A DNA stretch of 64,000 bases from sequence record ON529852.1, one strand, 5' to 3'. A program made the translations under genes and the position numbers. Shown here one piece after another: positions 25,497 through 33,626 of this stretch. Position 1 is the stretch's first letter. The number at the start of each line of letters is the position of its first letter. Under the pieces are notes generated by a model. It was not told the origin of the DNA and did not search any database. It saw nothing but the letters and a program-made list of their open reading frames with translations.

Positions 25497-25666
25497 TCCG
25501 AAAGGTGCGCCAAGGGGTCTTGGACGGGATCACACTGAAGGAGGTCGGCGGCCGTTCAGGCGCACGCACGCTCCCCCAGTCGAACCGACTGAGAGCGATG
25601 AAGAGGAAACGGGTGAGAAGGAAGCGCCCCGCCCGGTGAACCGGGCGGGGCCTTCAGCCACGTCGC

Positions 25667-26500
25667 TTAGAAGCGACGGCCACGGCCGGCGGGGGCCGCC
25701 GCAGCGGGAGCGGCTTGCTCCTGGGTTTCCGCCGGAGCGGCGTTGGCCGAGCGGGGGGTGCCCGCCGAGGCCGGGGCGTCGCGACGTCCGCCACGCTTCG
25801 GGGCTTCAGCGGCCGGTTCCGGGGTGGGTTCCGGCGCCGGCAGGGCGGCTTGCTGGCTCACTTCGTCGGCGACGTAGTCGTCGGCGTTCGAGCCTTCACC
25901 TTCCTTGTAGCCGGCGAACTCGTCCTGGGTGATCCAGCCCTTGATCGTGAACTTCGGCGCATGCTTCTTGACCTTGCGGCCGCCGTCGCGGGGCTTGGCT
26001 TCGAACTCGTTGGCGCTGAGTTCGATGACCGGGACCATGCCGGGGTTGCTCTTGAACTGACGCGCGAAGTCTTTCATGACCGCTTCCAGAGCGTTCATCT
26101 TCGAGCGGTTGTTCGCCTGGAACAGCAGGGCCGGGGCGTCGCCCTCGATCGGGACGAACTCGATCGTCTTCTGCTCCGACCAGCCGTCGTCCTGGCCGTA
26201 GGGGCCGTAGTCGGGCAGCAGGTGCTTCTGCGGCGGGACGCCCTCTTCGAGGGTCATCATGATCTCTTCCTGGACCTTGCCGTCCTTCCAGCAAATCCAG
26301 CCGCGCTTCAGCGTGCGCGGGTCCATCGCCGCCTGGGTGCCGATCTCCAGATCGGTGTCATCGGCGCCGTAGCTGTAATAGCCGTCATTGCCGTTGAACT
26401 TCAGGAAGGCCGATCCGCCGCCACCGCCACGGTAGCTTTGGGCTTCGGCCGCGAGGGCGGCGTAATAGTCGTCCGTGGACGTAACGAGAGCGTTGCTCAT
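25667..26500 (-). CDS. putative ssDNA-binding protein
   Basis: Between helicase and nuclease; aromatic-rich beta core (FLKFNG, RGWICWKDG, PKFTIKGW); disordered Ala/Pro/Glu tail. Confidence 0.55.
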   Translation of the reverse strand: MSNALVTSTDDYYAALAAEAQSYRGGGGGSAFLKFNGNDGYYSYGADDTDLEIGTQAAMDPRTLKRGWICWKDGKVQEEIMMTLEEGVPPQKHLLPDYGPYGQDDGWSEQKTIEFVPIEGDAPALLFQANNRSKMNALEAVMKDFARQFKSNPGMVPVIELSANEFEAKPRDGGRKVKKHAPKFTIKGWITQDEFAGYKEGEGSNADDYVADEVSQQAALPAPEPTPEPAAEAPKRGGRRDAPASAGTPRSANAAPAETQEQAAPAAAAPAGRGRRF

Positions 26501-26552
26501 CTTCTTCTACTTCTAAATCTAAGACTAAGTCTAAGGGGTTGGGGGTTTCCCG

Positions 26553-26599
26553 CCCGACTACGCGCCGGGCGGGAGTTGTCCTCCCGACTACGCGCCGGG
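26553..26599. repeat. 17-bp perfect direct repeat CCCGACTACGCGCCGGG x2
   Basis: Copies at 26553-26569 and 26583-26599 in the intergenic region upstream of the ssb-like gene. Confidence 0.85.
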
Positions 26600-26706
26600 T
26601 GAACGGGGTCTTTCGTCAGACCATTTTGCGTTTTGTTGTTATTGTCGAGAGGTGGCTTCGACGAATATAGTCTTAGCACAAATCTCATCTTGTCGGAAGT
26701 AAAACG

Positions 26707-27804
26707 CTACTCCTCGTCAGAGATTTTTGGACCCTTTTCCTTAATGGTGAGGCGATCGTGACCTTCCGACGTCTTGGTGAAATCATCCACCGGAAGCCCT
26801 GCGGCCCGCATGGCTTCAACGTCGTAGGTCTTCCTGCCCTTCATCCAGGAGAGGGAAACCTTCGCCAGACCGGGCACCTCGGCCCGACGAACTCCAACGT
26901 CGCGGAACCAGGCCTTAAGTCTCTCTGAGGCTGACCTGTATGCCGCTTCCGAGGCCTTGCGCGCTGCGGACGCCGCCCGCTCTTCGCGCAAGATGTCCTC
27001 GAATTCCTTCATGATCGGCATCGCCATATTGCTGGCGTTGGCTTCACCCTGGGTCGGCGTGGAAAGCCGCGACGCCTTGGCGCAAGCCTGGGTGAACTTG
27101 CAGTAGGTGCAGCCGCCGTCGACCTTGCCCTCGGGATAGACCTGGCCGACATCCTTGATGGTGTAGACCGATCGGGCGCGCTCCTTGGCGATGTCGTAGG
27201 TGTGCTGATCGAACGGGATCACGAACACTTCGATGTCGTCGAAGAAGGAGGCGTCGATGTAGACGATCACCGCATAGTTCGGCCGATAGTCGGTCGTCTC
27301 GCGGATCGTGCCCATCTGCACCTGGGTCTGGCCCCGGTGAATCCCCTTCTCCTCCTTCAGATTGACGCGGGGATCGATCGACTTGATCTCAAAGTTGAAG
27401 CATCCCGTGCCGCCCAGGCTGGGAATGCCGTAGACGGCGAGGGCGTCGTCGTCGGCGTCGATGACCAGACCGTCCGGCGTGGCGGTGAGAGGCGCGTCGG
27501 CGGCTCGGAACGTCTGCTGGTCGTCGCCGCCCCAGATCAGGCGGGTGTCCCAGAAGTAGTTCTCCAGAAACCACTTGACCGCCGGCTCGGCGAAGTGCTG
27601 CTCGATCAGGTCGCCGCGTTGCAGGGCGCCCCAGCTTTCGACATAGTCCTTGTCGACCTCGCCGCCGTGCTTGGCGAACCACGTCTTGCGCAGACAGCCG
27701 AACGCCTCCGAGGCGCCGACCGTCTTGGAGCGGTCATGCGCCCAGACTTTCTGGTGGCCCTTGACGTAGGTGTCGTAGGCTTCCTTGAAGTCGATTTCAG
27801 CCAT
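26707..27804 (-). CDS. Cas4-like PD-(D/E)XK exonuclease with 4-Cys cluster motif
   Basis: GASEAFGCLRK, ATPDG, FEIKS, QTQVQM, CTYCKFTQAC. Confidence 0.8.
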   Translation of the reverse strand: MAEIDFKEAYDTYVKGHQKVWAHDRSKTVGASEAFGCLRKTWFAKHGGEVDKDYVESWGALQRGDLIEQHFAEPAVKWFLENYFWDTRLIWGGDDQQTFRAADAPLTATPDGLVIDADDDALAVYGIPSLGGTGCFNFEIKSIDPRVNLKEEKGIHRGQTQVQMGTIRETTDYRPNYAVIVYIDASFFDDIEVFVIPFDQHTYDIAKERARSVYTIKDVGQVYPEGKVDGGCTYCKFTQACAKASRLSTPTQGEANASNMAMPIMKEFEDILREERAASAARKASEAAYRSASERLKAWFRDVGVRRAEVPGLAKVSLSWMKGRKTYDVEAMRAAGLPVDDFTKTSEGHDRLTIKEKGPKISDEE

Positions 27805-27947
27805 TACGGATTTCGTGACTCATTCAGACCGGCGCGGCGCCGGACATGTTGGGCGGGTCGCCGGGCATGAAGAGCGCGACGAGCAAAAGCAGGAGGGCGA
27901 GGGCTTCCATCACAACAACAGGATGAAGCGCGGCAGGAGCGTCTCGG

Positions 27948-28562
27948 TCACGTCGCCGCCTCGGCCTTGGCGGCGCGCTCGGCCGCCAGGTGGTCCTGGA
28001 TGAACCAGAAGAGGTCACGGCAGTCGATCACGTCGCCGATCGCCTGGTGAGCCGAGGTCGGTTCACGCCCCAGCAGCTTGCGCACCGCGTCTTCCAGCTT
28101 GGGCCAGGCGTAGCCCTGATAGCCGTTCTTGTTGGGGAACTTGCAGATCGGAATGCCGGTCTGCATGGTGCAGAACTGCTGCTTGCCCTGGAAGACGTCG
28201 AGGGCCGGATTGCCCGACAGCAGACGCGCCGCGTTGTTGACGATGTTGACGTCGAACTCGATGTTGTGCGCCACCAGAACATCGGCGACCGCGACCATGT
28301 CGCAGAACACATCCAGAACCGGTCCTTCCGTCAGGCCGATCGCCTGAGACACCGCCGTGGTGGTGCCGTGGACGTTGGACGAGGCCAGCGGAATGGGCTG
28401 GTCGCGGTAGACGATCAGGTCCATGCGCATGAGTTCGGCGCGCGTGTCGCTGTCCTGAAGGATCGCGGCGATCTGGACGATGCGCGGTTGAGCCTCGTGG
28501 CCGCACGGCGAACGCTTGTCCCAGAGGCCGGTGGTTTCGGTGTCGAAGAAGAGCAGGTTCAC
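27948..28562 (-). CDS. DnaQ-like DEDDh 3'-5' exonuclease
   Basis: FFDTETTG, AHNIEFD, AHQAIGD. Confidence 0.88.
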   Translation of the reverse strand: MNLLFFDTETTGLWDKRSPCGHEAQPRIVQIAAILQDSDTRAELMRMDLIVYRDQPIPLASSNVHGTTTAVSQAIGLTEGPVLDVFCDMVAVADVLVAHNIEFDVNIVNNAARLLSGNPALDVFQGKQQFCTMQTGIPICKFPNKNGYQGYAWPKLEDAVRKLLGREPTSAHQAIGDVIDCRDLFWFIQDHLAAERAAKAEAAT

Positions 28563-28563
28563 G

Positions 28564-29070
28564 TCACGCGTCTCCCGACGGAGTCGGATTCTTCAAGGCG
28601 TCAAGACGCTCCTTGAGGAAGTCGGTCATGTAGGCGACGGTCCCCTCGGGCGCGGGGCGTTCCGACGCCTCCGTCGCACGGACCATGGCGTGGATTTGAT
28701 CCTGAGCCGCGCAGGCGGCGTTGGCCTGCGCCTGGGCGTAGGCCGCCATGGTCGTCAGGATGTGGGCCGCCACCAGGGTGTAGCCCTCGAACATTCCCCG
28801 CGTCCGGACGGCGGCCGCGTGATTGATCAACGCCCAGGCGGCGTTGAAGACGAACCAGCCGATCGCCGCCAGCATGGTGACGCGAAGCAGGCCGGCGGAT
28901 GGCGCGCCGATGAGGCCGGGCGCCAGGGCGTGCCCGATCGTGAAGAACAGCGTCAGGCCGCTGGTGACCAACAACAGCAGCGAGGTCAGGGCGCGAAAGC
29001 CCGCCGCGTCCGCCGCAGGCTGATGCGGCGTTGGTTTCACCGGCTTGTTGAGGGGAGTGTCGGAGGACAT
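28564..29070 (-). CDS. membrane protein, hypothetical
   Basis: Start re-assigned to ATG 29070 (MSSDTP); about three hydrophobic helices. Confidence 0.65.
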   Translation of the reverse strand: MSSDTPLNKPVKPTPHQPAADAAGFRALTSLLLLVTSGLTLFFTIGHALAPGLIGAPSAGLLRVTMLAAIGWFVFNAAWALINHAAAVRTRGMFEGYTLVAAHILTTMAAYAQAQANAACAAQDQIHAMVRATEASERPAPEGTVAYMTDFLKERLDALKNPTPSGDA

Positions 29071-29161
29071 CGGGGCGTCTCGTTCTTGAGGGTCTTTGTT
29101 AACCATATTGGCGATGAATGTCAACATTCCCGGCAATGAAATGCCGGAAAATGTGACTCCA

Positions 29162-31645
29162 TCAGTGCGTTTCAGACCAGCGACGGCCGAACTTGGTGTC
29201 CACGTCGACGGGCAGGCGGAAGCCGAAGCCGGCGCCGGCGTCGTAGGCCGCGTCCCTGATGTTTTTCTCGCAGATCGCCATGATCCGGGCGTCGTCGCGA
29301 ACGGCGACCTGGAGTTCGTCGTGAATCCAGGCGACGATGGCGAAATCGCCGTCCCAGCCATGTTTCAGGCCGTCTTCCAGGCAGTATTCGTGGAAGTTCA
29401 CGCACCACTGCTTGGCGATGGTGGCGCCGGCGCCCTGAAGCAGGGTGTTCAAGGCGGCGTGCTGCGCCCGCACGAACAGTCGACGCCCATCCATCGCGTC
29501 CAGCATGCCGGACTTGGCCTGCTTCTGGATATTCTTGACCACCATGCCCAGGGCGGGAATGCGGGTCATCAGGCGACGGCGCATTTCGGCGCCGACCTTC
29601 TTGGCCTCGGTCGGCCGCAGCGCCAGCGCCGGGTCGATGACCGTGCCCAGCTTGAAGTCCTGGGCGCCGTAGATCAGGGCGTAGATGAAGGTCTTGGCCG
29701 TGTCGCGGTTGTTCAGTTCCAGCGCGGCGGTGTGCAGGTCGTGAGGATCGGATTCGACCACCAGGCGGCCGTAGACGCCGTCGTCGAACTCCGCCATGAA
29801 GTGACCGAGGGCGCGCAGTTCGATGCCCTTCTGGTCGGAACCCATCAGAATCCAGCCCTTGGGCACGATGAACAGGTCGCGGCAGTTCCAGCCGTGATCG
29901 CCGGGGCGGCCCTTGAGCATCTGCTTCTTGGTCAGAATCTTCTGACCCTCGTCCAGCAGATACCAGCCGTCACGGCCGTCGATCGCCTCGACCCGGACGA
30001 ACTCGCCCGCCTCGTTGAGATAGCCGTTCAGGCCGTCGCGCACGATGACGTCCAGCGCCGAGCCGTCCTTCATCTTGGCCTTGGCGGGGTTTCCTTCAAG
30101 CTGCTTGCCGGTCAACGGATCGAGCAGCGGCGTCAGATCGGCGCGGTGCTCGAAGACCTGCTTGTCGTCAGGGCCGTCGACCCAGTAGCCGTAGATGATC
30201 TTGCCCTGCTGGAAGTCGATGCCGACGCCCGGCTCCAGCCACTGCTTCAGCTTCTTGAAGACGACGCGAGGGACCTGGGCGATGTTCGGGTTGGCGTGCG
30301 AGGCGCGGTTGGTCACCGTCCCGCCGACGTTGAACGTCGGGTGGATGCGTCCGTCGCCGCGCTCCAGGGCCTTGCCGATCCAGCCGTTCTTGCCGTCGAC
30401 AAGCTGGCCGAGCCGCTTGTTGTAGTAGAAGAGTTCGGCCAGTTCGTCGCAGATCGGAATCGTCTGGGCGAGGTCGCGCAGGATTTCGTCGTTGACGGCG
30501 ATGCCGCCGGCTTCCGTCTTGTCGCGGTCGTCGTGATCCCAGCCGTAGACCTTTTCCAGTCGCTCGATGATCTGCGGGCGCGAGCCGGGGTTGAACTCCT
30601 TCAGTTCCACCGGGCAGTAGGCGCAGCCTTCCATCCGGTCCGGCTTGCCCGAGCCCGGCTTGAACTTCATCGTCTTCTTGGGAACCGTGATGTCGCCCCA
30701 GTTGGAGCGGCCCAGGTCTTCGCCGTGCTCGGTGCGCGGCTTGTAGGCGATCTTGGTCTTCTTGATCTTCCCGTCATCGTCCAGCAGGGGCTTGCCGGTC
30801 TCGGGATCAAGCATCTCGACCGTGTATTCCTTGCCGACGGTCTTCCACTTCGACGGCACCCACCACTCGCCGAAGTGCGCGATCGCCTTGCGCTGCTTCT
30901 CGTCGACGACTTCGCGCAGTTCGGCCTCAAGGGCGCGCGCGGCCTCCATGTCGAAGGGGAAGCCGTTGTTGGTGACCTCCTCCATCAGGGCGTGGACGCG
31001 GTGCTCCAGCGTGATCGACTGTTCGGAGTGCCGGCGCGGGTCGGCCTCCATCAACCGCCACAGGGCCTCGTTGACGTTCAAGTCCTGAACGCAGTAGTCC
31101 TCCATCTCCTGGTTCCATTCGGACCAGACGAGACGGATCAGTTCTTCCTTCGGGTAGTCCGGGTAGAGGGACTTGTAGTAGGCCTGCTGGGTCTTGGCGT
31201 AGTCGCCCTTGGGGAAGCCCAGGCGCTGGCCCCAGGCCTCAAGGCCGTGACGGCCGATCTGGGCGCCCTCGATCTCGTCGCGCTTGAAGCGGCGGAAGTC
31301 GCGTTCCTTCTCGTCCGCATAGAAGATGCGGCTCAGCACCATGGTGTCGCGCACCAGGGCGTTGCACTGGAACTGCGGGTAGAGCAGTTCGATCGCGGGA
31401 ATATCGAAGCCCACGATGTTGTGCCCGACCAGCAGGTCGGCCTCGGCCAGCATCGCCACGCCGCGCGCGATCTGGTCCGTCCGCTTGTTCTTGCGGAAGA
31501 CGTGCGTCTGACGCGTGGTCAGATCGCGGATCGCGAGGATGTGGATACGGCTCTTGACGTCGTCGCCCTTGTGGGCGGTCAGATAGGGCAGCAGGCCCGT
31601 CGTTTCGATGTCGAAGAGGTACTGCTTACCGGGGGGCAGTTGCAT
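29162..31645 (-). CDS. polA: family A DNA polymerase, T7-like, with 3'-5' exonuclease
   Basis: FDIETTG, GHNIVGFD, GTVTNRASHANPNIAQVP, SDQKGIELR, AKTFIYALIYG, AWIHDE. Confidence 0.95.
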   Translation of the reverse strand: MQLPPGKQYLFDIETTGLLPYLTAHKGDDVKSRIHILAIRDLTTRQTHVFRKNKRTDQIARGVAMLAEADLLVGHNIVGFDIPAIELLYPQFQCNALVRDTMVLSRIFYADEKERDFRRFKRDEIEGAQIGRHGLEAWGQRLGFPKGDYAKTQQAYYKSLYPDYPKEELIRLVWSEWNQEMEDYCVQDLNVNEALWRLMEADPRRHSEQSITLEHRVHALMEEVTNNGFPFDMEAARALEAELREVVDEKQRKAIAHFGEWWVPSKWKTVGKEYTVEMLDPETGKPLLDDDGKIKKTKIAYKPRTEHGEDLGRSNWGDITVPKKTMKFKPGSGKPDRMEGCAYCPVELKEFNPGSRPQIIERLEKVYGWDHDDRDKTEAGGIAVNDEILRDLAQTIPICDELAELFYYNKRLGQLVDGKNGWIGKALERGDGRIHPTFNVGGTVTNRASHANPNIAQVPRVVFKKLKQWLEPGVGIDFQQGKIIYGYWVDGPDDKQVFEHRADLTPLLDPLTGKQLEGNPAKAKMKDGSALDVIVRDGLNGYLNEAGEFVRVEAIDGRDGWYLLDEGQKILTKKQMLKGRPGDHGWNCRDLFIVPKGWILMGSDQKGIELRALGHFMAEFDDGVYGRLVVESDPHDLHTAALELNNRDTAKTFIYALIYGAQDFKLGTVIDPALALRPTEAKKVGAEMRRRLMTRIPALGMVVKNIQKQAKSGMLDAMDGRRLFVRAQHAALNTLLQGAGATIAKQWCVNFHEYCLEDGLKHGWDGDFAIVAWIHDELQVAVRDDARIMAICEKNIRDAAYDAGAGFGFRLPVDVDTKFGRRWSETH

Positions 31646-31780
31646 CAGAAGTGACCAGTTGGCGCAGGTCCCCGGCCGTGATCGGGCCGGGGCTGAGCAG
31701 TTGTTGGATCAGGGCGGCGGGCACGCCAGCCGCCCTAAGCATCGTCGCGGGGTCGCGAGACATCAGCAGCGGCGGAGGAG

Positions 31781-32788
31781 TCACGCTGCTTCGCGTTTCA
31801 TGACTCTATCCAGACGTTCGCCGAGCCAGCGGACGACCGGAACAGCCAGGGAGTTGCCGATGGCGGTGCGGCGCGCCGTGACCGAGGCGCCGGGGATGTC
31901 GGTGTAGCCGTCCGGCATCCCTTGCAGTCGCTCGTATTCCACCGGGGTCAGGGCGCGCACGACCCAGCGCCCTTCATGCTGGGTCAGGACCTGGGCGACG
32001 GACCCGCCGCCGGCGGCCGTGCGCAGGCAGTTGGAAACCTCGTCGCCCTGCTCGATCTGCTGGGCCTTGACGCCCTTCAGGAGGCGTCCACGGATGGCGA
32101 TGCGATAGGCAGGGGCGATAGCGCCTCCAGCAGTTCCGGCGACAGGGTCCGTCCCGCCGCCCGCGCGTTCGCCAGCAGCGTCGCCTTGCGATCCTCGCTC
32201 AAAAAGAACGTCGCGGGGATCGATTCCGCCCCGAGGACACGCGACAACGTAGACGCGCTCGCGTTGTTGGGGCAGGCCGAAGTGTTGTGCGTCCAGGACT
32301 CGCCAAGCAATGGCCCGTTTGGGGCCAAGCACATAACCAGCGTTCGTCCACCGATCCCCTGACGGGACGAGGTTCCCAAACTCTCCGGCCAGGGCTCCGA
32401 GGAATTGTCCAAAGGCGTTGCAGTCATCGGTGAGCAGTCCGGGCACGTTTTCGAAGAAGAAGACATCAGGATCGATTTCGTCGATCAGCTTGATGCCGGC
32501 GAGGGTGAGGAAGCCACGGCCGCCGTCGACACCGGCCTTCTTGCCGGCCTCGGAAAAATCCTGACAGGGGAAGGAGGCCCACAGGATGTTGACGGCCTTG
32601 CGGAAGGCTTCGCCGTCGATCGTCAGCAGGTTGCCCAGGTTGGGCGTTTCGCCGTAGCGGTGATGCAGAAATCGGGTCGGGAAGGCGGCGTTGTCGGCAA
32701 AGAATACCGGCTTCAGCTTGAGGTCCTTCCACGCCAGAGACACGGCTTCAATGCCGGAGCAGAGGGTGGCGAAGGTGCGTTGGGTCAT
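31781..32788 (-). CDS. C5-cytosine DNA methyltransferase
   Basis: Start re-assigned to ATG 32788; CSGIE (I), FPCQDFS (IV), ENVPG (VI), QQRERVY (VIII), LTPVEYERLQG, GNSLAVPVV (X). Confidence 0.92.
   Translation of the reverse strand: MTQRTFATLCSGIEAVSLAWKDLKLKPVFFADNAAFPTRFLHHRYGETPNLGNLLTIDGEAFRKAVNILWASFPCQDFSEAGKKAGVDGGRGFLTLAGIKLIDEIDPDVFFFENVPGLLTDDCNAFGQFLGALAGEFGNLVPSGDRWTNAGYVLGPKRAIAWRVLDAQHFGLPQQRERVYVVACPRGGIDPRDVLFERGSQGDAAGERAGGGTDPVAGTAGGAIAPAYRIAIRGRLLKGVKAQQIEQGDEVSNCLRTAAGGGSVAQVLTQHEGRWVVRALTPVEYERLQGMPDGYTDIPGASVTARRTAIGNSLAVPVVRWLGERLDRVMKREAA
32077..32428 (-). CDS. overprinted alternate-frame ORF inside the C5-MTase (M.EcoHK31I beta-polypeptide-like)
   Basis: Open frame 32077-32466; GESWTHNT...STLSRVL...FFLSEDRKATLLANARAAGRTLSPELLEAL; host-gene codon usage is atypical exactly here; start codon uncertain. 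Confidence 0.6.
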
Positions 32789-32849
32789 GGGTCCGGTATG
32801 GTTAACGAATGCCGTAGATGGAGTCAAGGATTGACGGGAAAACTGACAA

Positions 32850-33626
32850 TCACTCCACCTGACCCGGCCAGACACGGTCCGCCAGCCGCAGCAGGGCGCC
32901 GATGACCAGCTTCTTGTCCTTACCGTTGACGAAGGGGCTCATCGTCTCAGGCCAGCGCGGCGGCAGGCCCAGGAAGGGCAGGGTGCGCTCGGCCGCCTCG
33001 AACTCCGAGGCGGCGAAGGCGGCGACCTGCTGAAGACCGACGGCGTAGGAATGCAGGCCGTACTGCTTCGCGTTGCCGCCGTCGTGGTAGCCCATGCCCA
33101 GGCGGATTTTCTCGATCTCGCTGTCGTAGGCCATCCAGCAGAACCGGCCGTCGGGCAGGTCGAGGTGCTGGGTGTCCCAGTCCAGCGGATGGCCGAAGGC
33201 GTCGATGCGGCAGCGGTCGACGGCCTGGGAGAAGGGCTCCAGGCGGCCGATCGCCTTGATGGTGGAGACCAGAGGCATGAAGCGGCCCGCCGCCAGTTCC
33301 AGGCACGGGGTCTGGTCCAGCAGGGCGCGGTATTCCGCCACGGTTTGCCCGGCGCTCGACAGCGGATGGCGCTTGCCCTCGATCTGTTCGCGCAGCAGCA
33401 GGCCGTCGATCGGATCACGCGCCGCCAGCCATTCCACAAAGGCCGAGACGTGATACTCGTGCACCTGAGGCCCCAGAATGTGGGCGCGCTGGAGTTCGTT
33501 GACCGATTCCATGCCAAAGCCGATGTGCAGGCTGTTGTTCTCGTCCTGGTGCAGGGCGTAGAGGAACAGCCGACTGGCGCCGGTGGCCTTCAGCGGCGTG
33601 CGTTCATAGGCGTTGAGGAGGCTCAC
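32850..33626 (-). CDS. hypothetical protein
   Basis: GTG start at 33626 overlapping the upstream TGA; 258 aa. Confidence 0.7.
   Translation of the reverse strand: MSLLNAYERTPLKATGASRLFLYALHQDENNSLHIGFGMESVNELQRAHILGPQVHEYHVSAFVEWLAARDPIDGLLLREQIEGKRHPLSSAGQTVAEYRALLDQTPCLELAAGRFMPLVSTIKAIGRLEPFSQAVDRCRIDAFGHPLDWDTQHLDLPDGRFCWMAYDSEIEKIRLGMGYHDGGNAKQYGLHSYAVGLQQVAAFAASEFEAAERTLPFLGLPPRWPETMSPFVNGKDKKLVIGALLRLADRVWPGQVE

Noticed and set aside
26553-26599. CRISPR array near the Cas4-like gene
   Set aside because: Only two 17-bp repeats with a 13-nt spacer; no cas1/cas2 and no regular repeat-spacer period anywhere in the window
27824-27947. Tiny hydrophobic ORF (MEALALLLLLVALFMPG...) between the exonuclease and the Cas4-like gene
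   Set aside because: Under 40 aa with uncertain start; plausible but unsupported
31645-31780. Small ORF between the C5-MTase and the DNA polymerase
   Set aside because: Could not establish a consistent start and stop frame by eye; left unannotated
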